Below, one piece after another: positions 14,206 through 37,960 of a stretch of 64,000 nt of DNA. Made by a program: the position numbers and the translations under genes. Every line of letters starts with the position of its first letter. The stretch's first letter is position 1. The notes under the pieces were generated by a model that was given only the letters and a program-made list of their open reading frames with translations, was not told where the DNA came from and searched no databases. The stretch comes from the human T2T-CHM13v2.0 reference genome, Homo sapiens. The stretch lies in assembly GCF_009914755.1 (NCBI RefSeq), contig NC_060928.1; one strand, given 5' to 3'.

Positions 14206-17200
14206 ATCCACTAAAATTATTAGGAGTAGTAGTAGTAATAGTATGTTATCGGTCAGAGACAACTTCCCCGATTTTTTTATGTTGGACCTAATCACATCTT
14301 TCACTTCTGCACATCTGGTGAAGTCAAATAAATGACTTTCCTTTTCAGAAACCTGCCTTTACCTCTAATTGTAGTCAAGGCAAATAGTCCTGATAGGCAA
14401 ATAGCCCCCAGGTGACCCTTCTGGTCTGGGCTCACTGAGATATTAACCCCACATTCCTACGGATCCTGGTTTCACATTGTGTCCTTCAAATGCTTTCACC
14501 ATGCCACTTCTCATAGTCAGCCCCAGTTTTTAAGGTGCATTTAAAATAAGCTTACATTTGGAACCAGCTAAGAATGCTAAAAACAGATGTGCTACTTTCC
14601 AGACAGACTGAAGAAATCGTACGAACAACTGATTCAGTACTACCTGGATTGTGACTAAAACCTATCAAATTATAGCTCCTGATAACAAGCCTGAAGAAAA
14701 AAGTTAATTTAGTGATAGTGCCCTGTTATTACACATTTAGGGCAAAGAAAAGTACATTTCTATGGCAATTTCCAAGATATTAAAAATGAGATAAAACCAG
14801 ATGAGAGAAAAACAGAAATCTAGCTCAAGACTTAACATCACCATATGTGAAATATCAAATAAATAGCTACTCTAATCTCAAATGGTAATCTTTCCTTTCA
14901 GCCTTTCTCATTTTATTGGACCAAATATTTCAAGCCTCATCTGTGTTCTATTACAATCCTAAAGACAACATGATATCTAGGATAGTGTTTATATATAAAA
15001 ATAATTTTAGATCAGGAGGTGACAGAAACTGATGTCCAGATTCCATTACCCTAAGACTTCATGTAATTACTTTGTCTTTTTAAAAATCCTTAAATGATCA
15101 TTTTCTCCTTTGGCACAGAGTCTTTTGACTCCTCTTTTGATGCCAACATAGTCTCATCATGAAAATAAATTGAAAGTAGGTGGTCTGGTTAGTCTTCACA
15201 ATGCTACATTTTAATCAGGCAAAGCAGTGAAAAACATGATTGTCGAAATGCTGGCGTGTCTTCAAACAACAGTGTATGCTGTCCATTTTACTCTCAGTGA
15301 AAAAGCTCTTCAAGAGATTTCGATAAAGGTTTCCTTCCTACTTGCAGTCCACATTTGTAATGTTTATATAAGTGGAGGATATAAATCTTTCTCCAATGAA
15401 CCCCATGGTTTTTAAAGCAGATTCTTGTTATAAACTGCCTGTTTCCGTTTTGCCTGCCTAAGCAAGCCAGGCAAAGACCATTCGCGAGAGACTGGAACTA
15501 ATTTAATGTGCTCCAGGTTTAAGCCCCTAGCCTCTGCGCCTTTGCAGGGAGATTTTACACAGTGGATTACTGCTGACTTTAACAATGATTCATATGATAA
15601 GTGGCTTTTGATTTGTTTTTTAATGTCAGAAAATATGCATTGGCAAAAGAAATGTCATTGAAATCATTTCGTTAAAGCAATATCCATAAAAAGGGGTGGG
15701 GGAAGGAGAATTCAACTTTTCATCAAAAAAAAAAAAAGTCTAAATCATGCCAATGTCTTGTTCACATAAATTTATAGTTTTACTCAATGCAAAAGAATAC
15801 AAAGCTATTTAGAGACAGCTAGATTTAAGACTGGATGAACTGCAAGATAGGATTGGTTGAATCGATATACTTTACCACAAAATTGGTTATTATTATTAAA
15901 ATACCAAAGCCACACGGAAGATAGACAAAAGCATCATTCTTTATCCAGCCTCAAAGACACCCTGTGTGCTTTTTTCAAAGATTCACAATTCCTTGAAACC
16001 AACACTAATTAAAACAGAAACACATTCACAAAACCCGGAGTAAGATCCATCATCCCAAAGCATGGCGGGGGAGGAAAATTTCCTCTGTTTAACTCAAAGG
16101 AACAGAGCAGCAACAACATTAATTCAAAAGAAAACAAACTGAGAAACAAAAGTATGTATTATACTATTATTCTAGAGTTCTGCATTTAAGAGGCCTGAAC
16201 TGTTCATCAAAACATACTTTCAAAATGCCAAATGTAATAAGATATGCTTGTCCCCAATCATCTGTTAGTTTCTTCTGGTTTTTCTTGAAGTTCCTTTGAA
16301 AGGATTATCCAAAGTCTTACAGTAGGGGGCAGTATTGTAACATCATGCTCACACTTAAAAGGACTCCAGGTCAGCCCAAAAGAGGAAAAAGGGCCATTAT
16401 TCATAAAGACTTAACTATGTTGGCATAATTACAGAAATTATTACAAAATTTCAGATTTTTTCCCCAAAGCCTAACCTGCTTTCTTACCACCTACCTATAA
16501 TATTAAGATGTCTTAAACAATAGAAAAAGCAAATGCTTTTTATTGAAAAAGTCTGTCCAACAATCTGATACATGCTGATTGCTGTTTAGCAGTGAAAGAA
16601 CTATTTATTGAATGTCATATTTCAAAAGCATGAAGACTTCTCCAATTGCAAATATCCAGATGTTCTTTATTGTAAATATGACATTAGAAGATGGCAAAAA
16701 AAAAAAAAAAAAAAAAGAAATGAATATTTCATCTTGCTCTAAAATGAAATGCAGAGCTGGTTTATAAACACAAGTCAATGTAACCTATGCTAATGAGATG
16801 TTAATTTCAAAAATATGGGGTAAAAAAATATTTACAAGTATAAGAATGTCTTCATATTTTCCAGGAATAAACCTTTTCTTTCCATCTGTCTAGGATGGCT
16901 CTTGGCTGGCCTGCTAGGAAATATGGAAACTGAAACTATTTGTACTTAATGCTTGGCTTCCAATGACTTAACAAAATTCTGGGAGTTTGCGGACAGGAAA
17001 ATGCAAAGTCCTCACCATGTCCCAAGATAAAACATATAGATATATAATGGCAATTTTTTTCCATGCATAATGGTGATCCATATGGATTTCTCTTAATTCT
17101 GGAAATACGAGTGATTGCAGCTTTTATTTAATAATTGAAAGCCTTAAGGTCACTAAACAAAACAATAATTACTGTATTTGACTTTAAAAGAATCAAACCT

Positions 17201-18340
17201 CCTATCATCTTAGGCAAGTACTGTTGTTTATCTTCATCTTCAATTTCAACTCAAATTGAGTTGCTTGTTTTCTGCCTGCTGGCTTTAAGGGGACGGGCTG
17301 TTATAAATTCAAACAGGATTTTTTTAAATCTAATAATTTCAACTAAAAAATTATATTAAAAGTATTATTTTATAGACACATAATCTAATATTTTAAATGT
17401 AAAAAAAGAGATCCTAAGAATACTAAAACCTATGAAATATCATATGAAGCCAGCAATTATTGTAATCATGTTTAAATGCTATAAATTTTCAGTTTCAGTA
17501 CTTCAAGTTATAGTTTATTCTAGTCTTATTATTATACATTATACTCTCTCTACTTGTCCATTTTTGTTTAAGTTGTTTTGGAGTTGGGGATGTTTTGGTT
17601 TTATGCTGTGTGAGTGAATGTGTGTGTGTGTGCATGTGTGTATACATGTGTTCATTTAAAGATCCTATAAGAACCCTCATATGTATACTTCTTGGAGAAT
17701 ATGGACTGCTCCTATGCTTTATCACCCAGGTTTTCTCAACTGTTGTGATAGGTTCCTTTTCAAGACTTAACAGAAAAACTGTGCCTATAATTACCATCAA
17801 ATTTCCCTCAAATTGAGCTAAACAGCATACATTTGAGTTGCCAAATGGGACATAATTCTTCATAATTACCGTCCAAAAGAGCTTGTGACAGTTACAACAA
17901 AGTAATTCACTAATGGAAGAGCACCAGGTATGCATTTTCCTGAAACATCTGTTTGAAATGCTGGGTCATTTGAAGAGTATGTAAAATGCTCCCATCTTCT
18001 AATTAGTTTCTCACCAACCAAAATATCACTGCCAAACTTAACTAGTTTGAGGGGCCAAGGTTCTTCTGTAGCAAAGCCAATATAACCACTCAGTCCCTCT
18101 AAAGGCAAGCACTTGTTTCATCTCTGAGTGATGGCATTTGTGATGGAAAAGAAGGCAGCATTTCCTTCTAATAATAACATTTTTCCTTATTATTTCATTT
18201 CTCCATCATCTGTAGTCAGAAAGCACCCTGACATACTACATAAAATGCTTGCTTATTTTCTTGCTTCTCTCCCTTCTTTATCTATCTGATCGAATGAGAG
18301 GGGAGATGATTACAAACAACAGAGTATGAACTTTGGGTTG

Positions 18341-18705
18341 TGTAGTATAAGAAGAAATACATTTGGTTTTTGTTTCTGGTTCCTGGCAAAGAGCACCAAA
18401 AACCTTTAGAATTTCCTGAGTGATAAGAGTATCATTGTTTATTCATAACTAGCTCTTTTTGATTCATAACTAGCTGACTTTATGTTAATAAGGTAACTTA
18501 GGGTAGGATCCCTAGATAGCCTCAGGATGGGGCTGGTCATCAGAAAGATCAAGTAATTAGAGGGTTGAAGGGGGTGGGACTTCAGATTGAGCTCTACAAA
18601 AACTCCTTAGCAGCAAGACTTGATGAACTTCCCAGCTGGCGAACACATCAACAACATGCTGGAAAGGTGGAATGACCAGAAAGGGCATGGAAGCTACCTG
18701 TCCCC
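18341..18705 (+). mobile_element. MER21B/C-type LTR, 3'-truncated
   Basis: TGTAGTATAAGAA...GGTTCCTGGCA...GAATTTCCTGAGTGATAAGAGT...CCTAGATAGCCTCAGGATGGGGCTGGTCA. Confidence 0.75.
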
Positions 18706-18706
18706 G

Positions 18707-19116
18707 TACAAAATAAGTAGCACTGGGTAGCTTAAACAAGAGAAATCTATTTTCTCAGTTTTAGAAGCTGGAAGTTTGACATCAGGGTGTCAGTATGACC
18801 AGGTTCTGGTAAGGGCTCTCTTCCTGCTTGCAGATGGCTTTTTTCATGTGTATTCACATGGCAGAGAGAAGGAGGGAGGCGGGAAGAAGAGCAAGAGAGA
18901 GTGAGAGTGAGAGCAAGAGAGGGAGAGAGAGAGAATGCAAGTTCTCTTGTGTCTCTTTTAATAAAGGCATTAATCCTATCAGAAGGTCCCACCCTCATGA
19001 CCTCATGTAAATCTAATTATGTCCCAAAGGCCTCATCTCTAATTACTATCACAATCACATTGGAGGTTAGGACTTCAGCATACGGGTTTTGGCAGAACAC
19101 AATTCAGTCTATAGCA
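18707..19116 (-). mobile_element. MLT1A-type MaLR LTR
   Basis: CTGGGTAGCTTAAACAA...CCACCCTCATGACCTCAT...ATTCAGTCTATAGCA. Confidence 0.85.
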
Positions 19117-19945
19117 CTGAGGTCATTGGCCAAAATCAGATATACAGCTTGCACTCATGTAATAATCCTTCTTCCTAGGAGTGAGTGATTATTCTGCACC
19201 TGATCCTTTAAACCAGGATATAAGAAACAGAGTCATTGCAATAGAAGTTTGTCTTAAACAACAGCCTCTCCTATTCTTTTTCCCATCCCTCTACCTCCAA
19301 ACTCACCACCACCACCACCAACTAAACCCACTGTAGAATATAAGTAGCACTATGAAAGTGAATCTCCAAAAACTTTGAACTATTAAAGTAGATTTCAAAT
19401 GAAAAAAATTGCCATAGTATCCTGATACAATCAGATTTGAAAGGAAAATATAAGCACTGTCTCTACAACTAATTACAGAGTTTTTCCTCTACTTAAGGTA
19501 AAAGCAATAATCTGTTTCTGGAAAGAACACTGGGCTTCCTGTTTGAAAAGTCAGAAGATAGGACAAGCGCTTGTCTCGTAACTGAAAAAACTTTTCCTCT
19601 ATGAGGTAGACTATCTGGTTTAGAAAAAAAATGTGTTCAAATTAAATCCTGACTATTTATTGCTGAAGGATAAATGTAGACTAAAGTACATTCTGTCTTA
19701 ATGGCATGAATTTAGCCTACATTGTGACCTGTGTAGCTTCTAGAAGACTCAACCTCATGACACATATACACATGCATTCAATGGATTCAGTTCAGTCATT
19801 CATCTCTATGCACATTAAATTTTTCACTAATTCATCAGAAATGTATAAATCCATTCTAAAAATCAAAAGTTTAAAAGTTCAGCAAAGTTCAAGTATTTCA
19901 TGGAGAATAAGGTTGATATGATTTATAATACAAATATTAATTTTA

Positions 19946-22327
<2,382 letters not shown>

Positions 22328-22399
22328 CTAGTTAGATCATGAGGCATAACTAAAGATCTGTAAGTTGGATTTTCAATTTTCGATCAAAGAAAGAAAGAT

Positions 22400-24950
<2,551 letters not shown>

Positions 24951-24959
24951 GGCATTATC

Positions 24960-25755
24960 AGTACTAATTATTATTACACTAGTCCCCCAAAGTGCAGCAA
25001 AAATTTTAGTTAACTTGGTATATTAGCTGTGAGTAATTTTATAGAGTTCAAATTTCACTGTTAGCTTTTTAGTCCACAAATCACTACACAAGTAACAGAT
25101 GTGCATCTTGGTCAATGACTAATAATGTCACTTCTTTCAAAGTCTGTAGGCAACCAGTTACTGCATATCTCTTATTTGGGTCACACACAGACAGCAAAGT
25201 GTGTAGTGCTGTTGCCTCCTTGTCACCCAATAATAAGCCCATATGACATTTAATTGAAAAAATAAATAACTAAAAGTAGAAATTAGCAAACAGAAGATGA
25301 AGATGTTCCAGAGGAAGTGATGCAAGCAAAAAATCTTCACATTAAAGGACCTCTCAGAGATATGCATGACTTTGAATGTACAAAGCTTAAAATGCTGTAA
25401 GTTAACCCAAATTTAGAAAGAACTATGACTGTTTACCAAAGCATAGAAAACATGTTTGCTCCATATTGTAAGTTATAGAAGGTGAGAAATCTTCAAACTA
25501 CTCAAGTTTTTTTAATCGTAAAAACTCCACTGTAATTCTCAATGTTGCCACTGCTTTAAATTACAATATACTAAATAAATACTAATTACCCTATACATGT
25601 ATCACTGACAGTAATGAGTTTGTAATATTCTGACTAAAATAATTTAATGGTCATGGAACAATTATTATTTTTCATTGGTTATTAAATCACTTTGCATGGC
25701 CTCAATTCTGAACAGTCATTTTTACCATCCCACACTACTGTGCAAAGTGAGGATC
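24960..25755. mobile_element. MER82/Tigger-like TcMar DNA transposon relic
   Basis: GATGAAGATGTTCCAGAGGAAGTGATG...CTTCACATTAAAGGA; terminal CACTACTGTGCAAAGTGAGGA. Confidence 0.7.
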
Positions 25756-25820
25756 ATATTTGATTTTTAAAGCTATATGCATGAGTTTGCCTGCTAAAAA
25801 TTAAATTAACAGTGCCTGGT

Positions 25821-26224
25821 TGTCTTAGTCCATTTTCTGTTGCTATAAGAGAATACAAAGACTAAGTAATTTATAAAGACATGAAGTTTATTTAGCTCAC
25901 AATTCTGGAGCCTGAGAAGTCCAAGAGCATGGTTCCAGCATCTGGTGAGGGCCTCCTTGCTGCATCATAACATGGTGGCAGGTATGGCATGGCGAGAGGG
26001 CATGAGAGCCTGTGCAAAAGAGAGGTACCAGGGCCAGACTCACTTTATAACAACCTACTGTCTAGATAACTAACCTGCTCCCATGACAATACATTAATCC
26101 ATTAGTGACGGTTTTGCCCTTATGACCCAATTACCTCTTATTAAGCCCCACCTCCCAACAATGATGCATTACGGATTAAGTTTCCAACCTATGAACTTTT
26201 GGGGGACACATTCAAACCACAGCA
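25821..26224 (-). mobile_element. MST (MSTB/C-type) MaLR solo LTR
   Basis: TGTCTTAGTCCATTTTCTGTTGCTATA...GGGGACACATTCAAACCACAGCA. Confidence 0.88.
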
Positions 26225-26467
26225 CTGACAAAACCTAGGAATGTAATACATTTTTGCTAAAAAAAAAAAAAAAGGATGATGGCAAGAGGGGAGAATTTTT
26301 TTTTAAATAGTGCTCACATTTTTCAAACTGCTATACTGACAAAACCAACAATCCTTAGTGTCTGGAAAAGGTCAAACTTGAAAACATCATAAACCAACAA
26401 AACATGGCTGAGTAGTTTGAAAACTCAATATTAGAAACTGTTAATTAGTTATATCAGGAAAAAATCA

Positions 26468-26768
26468 CTATATATATATATATATACACACACACATAAT
26501 TTATATATATAAATATATATATAAATATTATATATATAATATATATAATATATATATAATATATATAATATATATAATATTTATATATAATATATATAAT
26601 ATTTATATATATAATATATATATAATATTTATATATATATATACAGACCCAAACCATATTAGACTTTTCATTTAGAACATTATATATATATAAATTGTAT
26701 ATATATATATAAATTGTATATATAATATATATATAAATTATATATATATACAATTTATATATATATAA
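26468..26768. repeat. Interrupted (TA)n low-complexity tract containing a long inverted repeat
   Basis: Directly visible. Confidence 0.95.
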
Positions 26769-26786
26769 TGTTCTAAATGAAAAGTC

Positions 26787-27500
26787 TAATATGGTTTGGG
26801 TCTGTATCACCACCCAAATCTCATGTCAAAATGTAATCCCCAGTGTTGGAGGTGGGGCCTGGTGGGAGGTGATTGAATCATGGGGGCAGATTTCCCCTTT
26901 GGTACTGTGAGTGAGTTGTCAGGAGATTTAGTTGTTTAAAAGTTCGTAGCACCTCCTCCTTCTCTCTTCTTCTTTCTCGGGCCATGTGAAAACATGTCTG
27001 CTTCCCCTCTGCCTTCCACCATGATTGTAAGTTTCTTGAGGCCTCCCCAGCCATGCTTCCTGTACAGCCAGTGGAACCACCAGCCAATTAAACCTCTTTT
27101 CTTTAAAGATTACTCAGTCTCAGGTATTTCTTTTTTCTTTCTTTTCTTTTCTTTTTTTTTTTCCCCCCATACAAAGTCTAGCTCTATCACTAGGCTGGAG
27201 TACAGTAGCAAGATTTCAGCTCACTGCAACTTTCACCTCCCAGGCTCAAGCCATCCTCCCACCTCAGCCTCCTGAGTAGCTGGGACTACAGGTGTGCACC
27301 AACATGCCCAGCAATTTTTTTCTTTTCTTTTTTTTTCTTTTTATATATATAGAGAGACAGCGTTTGCCATATTTCCCAGTCTGGTCTCAAATTCACGAGC
27401 TCATGCAATCCACTTTGGCCTCCCAAAGTCCTGGGCCAGACACGAGCCACCACACCTCGCCAGGTACTTCTTTATAGCAGTGCAAGAACAGACTAATACA
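26787..27500 (+). mobile_element. MSTA/B MaLR solo LTR, interrupted by an AluJ
   Basis: ATATGGTTTGG...CCCAAATCTCATG...GGAGGTGGGGCCTGGTGGGAGGTGATTG...ACAGACTAATACA. Confidence 0.9.
27134..27461 (-). mobile_element. AluJ-type
   Basis: GGCTCAAGCCATCCTCCCACCTCAGCC; TSD AGGTA(T/C)TTCTTT. Confidence 0.9.
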
Positions 27501-27579
27501 TTGACATTGAAAACAATAAGCAAGTTTATTGAGCGAAGTAACAATTGAGTAATGCAGGTACATCAACAATGATCTATAC

Positions 27580-27815
27580 ATATTTACTAAATAATCCTGT
27601 ACATGTCACAAACACTTTCCTGCATGTTATCTCTTAATACTCAGAACAATCTGTGACAATGTTATTATAGTTTCTCCTATTTTGTAGAAAAAGACCTCAT
27701 AGTTCAGCAAAGCTAGGTCCTATCCAAGTTCCCCATAGCTGGGTTTGTGGCAAAGCTGGTGTGCATACCCAATCTCCTGACTCCTAGTCGTGTGTGTTCT
27801 ATGCTGCACCATGGC
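27580..27815 (-). mobile_element. MIR, diverged
   Basis: CCTATTTTGTAGA...CCTATCCAAGTTCCCCATAGCT...CCTGACTCCTAGTC. Confidence 0.65.
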
Positions 27816-28204
27816 AGCAAAGGCTAAGGCAGTGCTCTTACCTCCCAGTCAAAGCCATATACACCTCTCATAATTCCAAAGCAATGGAAGCATATACATT
27901 TTCAGAATTAGGCAAAGAAGGAACTAGAAAAATCTTATAAGTTAAATATCTTGTTAAAAGTACGTCTCACATTAAATGATAAATTGATAAACTAAGTGAG
28001 CAATGTTACTGTGATTTTTAGCAAAACTAAAAATATTCCAGTGAAAGAGACTAATCTCAAGAAGCTCGGCCCTTTGAAAGTTTGCCTGCCTGCCTTTAGG
28101 CAACTAAGGGACTCTTGGCCACAGGAATGTACCCAATATTTGCATTTCTAACAAACCCTAGTTTGAATTCCCTGCTCCTGTGCACAGACTTAGGGTAGAG
28201 GATT

Positions 28205-28314
28205 AAGACAAACCCTCTCAGTTTGCCTGAGTTTGAAGGAGTTACCAGGACTTGGGACATTCAGTGCTAAAACCAGGAAAGTTCCAGGCAAACTGAAATG
28301 AGTTGGTCATCCTA
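28205..28314 (-). mobile_element. MER81-like hAT MITE
   Basis: GGGACATTCAGTGCTAAAACCAGGAAAGTTCCAGGCAAAC...GTTGGTCATCCTA. Confidence 0.75.
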
Positions 28315-29889
28315 TGGAGGTTACATGATAGTAAGGGATATACGGTCAACCCTGTGCTGACTTCCTGCTCTCACTCTCCAAGGTCGAAGTCTATACAGAT
28401 ATTAACATAATATCAACAATCCAAAACCTTAGTGCTTAATGCATCCTACCATGCCCTTGATAAAGCTAAATACAATGATACACTAGATGAGGGGGCGGCA
28501 GCCAGGAAAGCTTCTCCTTTGAGTAACAGACTTTTGGTTAGTATTTGTGCTCAATGTATCCTTAGGGAACTGGATGCTGAGGTTGGAAAAGTGTGATGAC
28601 TCTCTTCAAAGACCAAGTGGAAGTTCAGCACTAACGATCAGTTCCTCTTGGAATATAAGAATGTCCATTTGGGTATTCCTTCCTATAGTGTTAATAGTGG
28701 GTCAGAAATTATTTACAATGAACATAATTTCATTATACAGTATAGCTTCTGCTTCATTCTTTCACGGATACATGCCCTCACTGTGTATTCAACTAAAAAG
28801 CCACTCAGGGAATACCAACTATTGCTAGACACTGTGTTAAGAGTAGAAAAATGATGACATGGTCTCTGTCCTCAAGAAACTATAGTATAAAGAAGTGACA
28901 TACCAGTGTTCTTACAGTCCTTAGATTGTTTTGCTAGTAACTTTGTAGTCTTCTTTCTCCATTAAAAAAAAAAATACAAAATTGGAAATAGTAGATGATG
29001 CATTTTGAGTGTGATTTAGGCAAAAAAGAGGATGGAGAACTCCAATCAGTAAACCCTTTCTCAAAGAAAAGGCCTAGCACTACACCAAAATTTTGGTGAA
29101 TAAATAGATATTTTACACATTGTAAGTTAAAAAAAAGTTGATGTATGTATGAATCTTTCTATGATTCTCTCTTTTGAAGTGCTTTTTCAATTAACCAATC
29201 ATCTTCTGGCCCTTATCACCATGGATAAGAAGACTTCAACTATAGTTTTAATTTCAGAAAGTGGGTTCACTCATTCTCAATGAATCCTTTTGATATTTTC
29301 ATGATACCTTGAGCCAAAGAACCCTCCCATAATAGATATCTGTACTGGATAGACTCTACTTGACTCTAATGCTTAAGATTCTGGGCTCTGAACTGTGGGC
29401 AGCTAGGAGAATAGGTGAGTAGGGGTGGGAAAAGGGGCAGGCTGAAGTGTTGATACAAAGAGGCTCAGAAGGGCTTAACACAGGAGTGTGGCTGGAAAGA
29501 TTTGTGTAGGCCAATAGTTCTCAAACTGTGGTCAGGAAAGTCCTGAGGGAACTTTCCAGGGGTTCCACGAGGTCAAAATTATTTTCATAATAATACTAAG
29601 TAATTATTTTTCTTTTTCACTCTCATTCTCTCAGGAGCATAGAGTGAAGTCTTCCAGAAGCTATGTGATGTGTGATACGACAACAGATTGAATGCAGAAG
29701 GAGAGACGAGAATCCAGCTGTCTTCTATTAAACCAGACATTAAAGGGATTTGCAGAATGTAAAACAATACCACTCATCTCACTAAATATTTCTGTTCTGA
29801 AAAACATATTATTTATGTTATCATATATATTTATTTCTATTTTTATTAATAACGTGCATTATTCTTTTTAATAAATTAATAAGCATGGT

Positions 29890-30976
<1,087 letters not shown>

Positions 30977-31665
30977 GTCAGTAGTTTTAAATTTTTCCAT
31001 TTTATTTCTAAGATGGTTGATACCAATAAATATAATCCATTTAAACAAAAGCTCTTTGGAGCCCACAATAACATTCAAGAATGTAAAGGGGTCCTATGAC
31101 CAAAAAGTTTGAGAACCACTGGCTTAGACCATACACTGGAAAACCAAAACTACCAGCTAAAGAGTTTGAATTTTAGGCTTAACAAGGTTAATTTCTGCCT
31201 AGCATTTTACTACTTCTCCTTCACTTCTTCCCTTCTTCAGTTACCTTATAATATTGGATGGATAGTACACCCCCCAACCAAAATTTCCTCCAGCTGAATG
31301 TTAAATCACTCAGGCATGGCACCTCTATTCCTTCTGCTGGGGAAAAATAAATCAGAACTTAATAGAATCCACTGTTGGGAAAGCATTCTCCACCCCTCAA
31401 AATCAAACGCTCCTTTCCTACCCCAAAGTCGGTAAAGTTAACCATACATTATAGCTTATAAAGGACCAGGACTTCCAAAAGTCAAAACAACACCAAATGT
31501 GGAAAGCACATTTAGCTTAGTGTAACTCTCAGAGCACCCAAAGTGACATAACCACAATGAAATCAATTACCTAGTCAGCAGGTGTTTGTCCATGTCACTT
31601 CCCAAACCAATAACATAGTCCAGGAAAGGCTGGAAACAGTATCCAAATTAAAAGAAAGCAAAAAA

Positions 31666-31697
<32 letters not shown>

Positions 31698-31770
31698 TAA
31701 TTTGCCCATGAACAAAGAACCCACACAATATAGTATTAAGGAGATGGTAAGAGAGAGAGGAAGAAAGTGA

Positions 31771-31774
<4 letters not shown>

Positions 31775-31809
<35 letters not shown>
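31775..31809. repeat. (GT)n microsatellite
   Basis: Directly visible. Confidence 0.95.
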
Positions 31810-31810
<1 letters not shown>

Positions 31811-33073
31811 ATGTGGTGTCTGTGTGTGTTGACGTGGAAGGGATAAAGAACTATAAACAAATGATTAATATTCATTAAGGTACAAGGAAAACTGTTCATA
31901 TTATGAATAAAATTTTAGAGTAGTTGTTTTTCTATAATTGTTATATGGGATCATTTTTTCTCTTGAGGTGATGGTAGTTTTAAAAAGGAAACCAAATGAA
32001 CTATTCAAATTCTCCTTCACAAGTGAACCTTAACTCATCACAATGATTACACGGTTTTTTTTTTTAACCAGCACACATTATTTCTTCTATCTTGTTAACA
32101 AATACAGTTGATTTTTAAAAATTCTACACATGAGAGAAAAGCCAGCAAACTAGGTGCAGGTAGACAGGTGGCCAAGGAAAATATTCAGCCTGTATGTACG
32201 AATAAGGCTGTTCTAGATGTTAAAATATGGAAACACTACTGTAATAATGATAAATGAAGTGTGTGTAAATGCATCTGGTACACACAAACAATTTCTAGCA
32301 ATGATAATCACGATTAAATTATTTAGTAGGTGTAATGTGAAAAGCACTACCTTTTTGCAAAGTTTAATGTCTAAAGAAAGTCCAGTTGCATATAAGACTT
32401 TAAATACAATTGTCTCCAGTATAAGCAAAAAGAGATGATGAGTAAAGATAGAAATCAAAATCACAATCCCTTTATGTTTTATTGCTGCAGGTGTATAGAA
32501 AAAAGAAATTCCTCTTGGAGATGCATAGTGCCAAAACAAGAACTCGAAAACCTTCTTTGTAATAGAGTAGAAAAAAATGCCTCTGACTTGATTCATTTCT
32601 CATCAGGGACCTGACCTTTGATACAAAAAGGGGTCTGAAATTAAAACCAGAGTGACTATGATCTCGAAAGTCTACCTGCTTTCAGTCATGCTCTGTAAAA
32701 AGCCTCTTTTGTAAAAGCTCTTCATGCTAGTTCAAGCTGAAAGTAAATTCAGGAATTAAGATGTGCAGGCAAATACAGGATATAAAAGTATTAGTGGAAT
32801 TCTGCTTCAAAGAGTTCTTCAAATTTTCTCATTCATTTAATAATGCCATACGGTTCTTTCATTTATTTATTTTTTTATAAAGTTCTAGGGTACATGTGCA
32901 AAACATGAAGGTTAGTTACATATGTATACATGTGCCAAGTTGATGTGCTGCATCCATTAACTCGTCATTTATATTAGTTATATCTCCTCATTCTATCCCT
33001 CCCTCCTCCCACCACCCCACGACAGGCCCTGGTGTGTGATGTTCCGCTTCCTGTGTCCATGTATTCTCATTGT

Positions 33074-36881
<3,808 letters not shown>

Positions 36882-36944
36882 TATGATGTTAGCTGCTTAT
36901 TTTGCTCCTTAGTTGATGCAGTTTCTTCATGGCATCAATGGTCT

Positions 36945-37960
36945 TTACAATTTGGCATGTTTTTGTAGTGGCTGGTAACGGTTGTTCCTTTCCATGTTTA
37001 GTGCTTCCTTCAGGAGCTCTTTTAGGGCAGGCCTGGTGGTGACAAAATCTCTCAGCATTTGCTTGTCTGTAAAGGATTTTATTTCTCCTTCACTTATGAA
37101 GCTTAGTTTGGCTGGATATGAAATTCTGGGTTGAAAATCATTTTCTTTAACAATGTTGAATATTGGCCCCCACTCTCTTCTGGCTTGTAGCGTTTCTGCC
37201 AAGAGATCTGCTGTTACTCTGTTGGGCTTCCCTTTGTGGGTAACCCGACCTTTCTCTCTGGCTGCCCTGAACATTTTTTCCTTCATTTCAACTTTGGTGA
37301 ATCTGACAATTATGTGTCTTGGAGTTGCTCTTCTCAAGGAGTATCTTTGTGTCATTCTCTGTATTTCCGGAATTGGAATGTTGGCCTGCCTTGCTAGATT
37401 GGGGAAGTTCTCCTGGATAATATCCTGAAGAGTGTTTTCCACCTTGGTTCCATTCTCCTCGTCACTTTCAGGTACACCAATCAGATGTAGATTTGGTCTT
37501 CTCACATGTCCCATATTTCTTGGAAGCTGTGTTCATTTCTTTTTACTCTTTTTTCTCTAAACTTCTCTTCTCGCTTCATTTCATTCATTTGATCTTCTGT
37601 CACTGATACCCTTTCTTCCAGTTGTTCAAATTGGCTACTGAAGCTTGTGCATTCGTCACATGGTTCTCATGTCATGGTTTTCAGCTCCATCAGGTCCTTT
37701 AAGGACTTCTCTGCATTGATTATTCTAGTTAGGCATTCATCTAATCTTTTTTCAAGGTTTTTAGCTTCTTTGCGATGGGTTTGCACTTCCTACTTTAGCT
37801 CAGAGAAGTTTGATCGTCTGAAGCCTTCTTCTCTCAACTCGTCAAAGACATTCTCCGTCCAGCTTTCTTCCGTTGCTGGCGACGAGCTGCATTCCTTTGG
37901 AGGGGGAGAGGCGCTCTGATTTTTAGATTTTTCAGCTTTTCTGCTCTGCTTTTTCCCCAT
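36945..37960 (-). pseudogene. Disrupted L1 ORF1
   Basis: ATGGGGAAAA start at 37960; C-terminal 189 aa (RPNL...YPAKLSF...LQKHAKL) open but frameshifted from the N-terminus. Confidence 0.92.

Noticed and set aside
26454-26813. 119-aa Ile/Tyr-rich ORF
   Set aside because: Translation of the (TA)n tract.
27838-27935. Possible 82-nt minus-strand exon (TTTTTCTAG ... GAG|GTAAGA)
   Set aside because: Short pyrimidine tract and no recognisable peptide; such motif pairs are common by chance.
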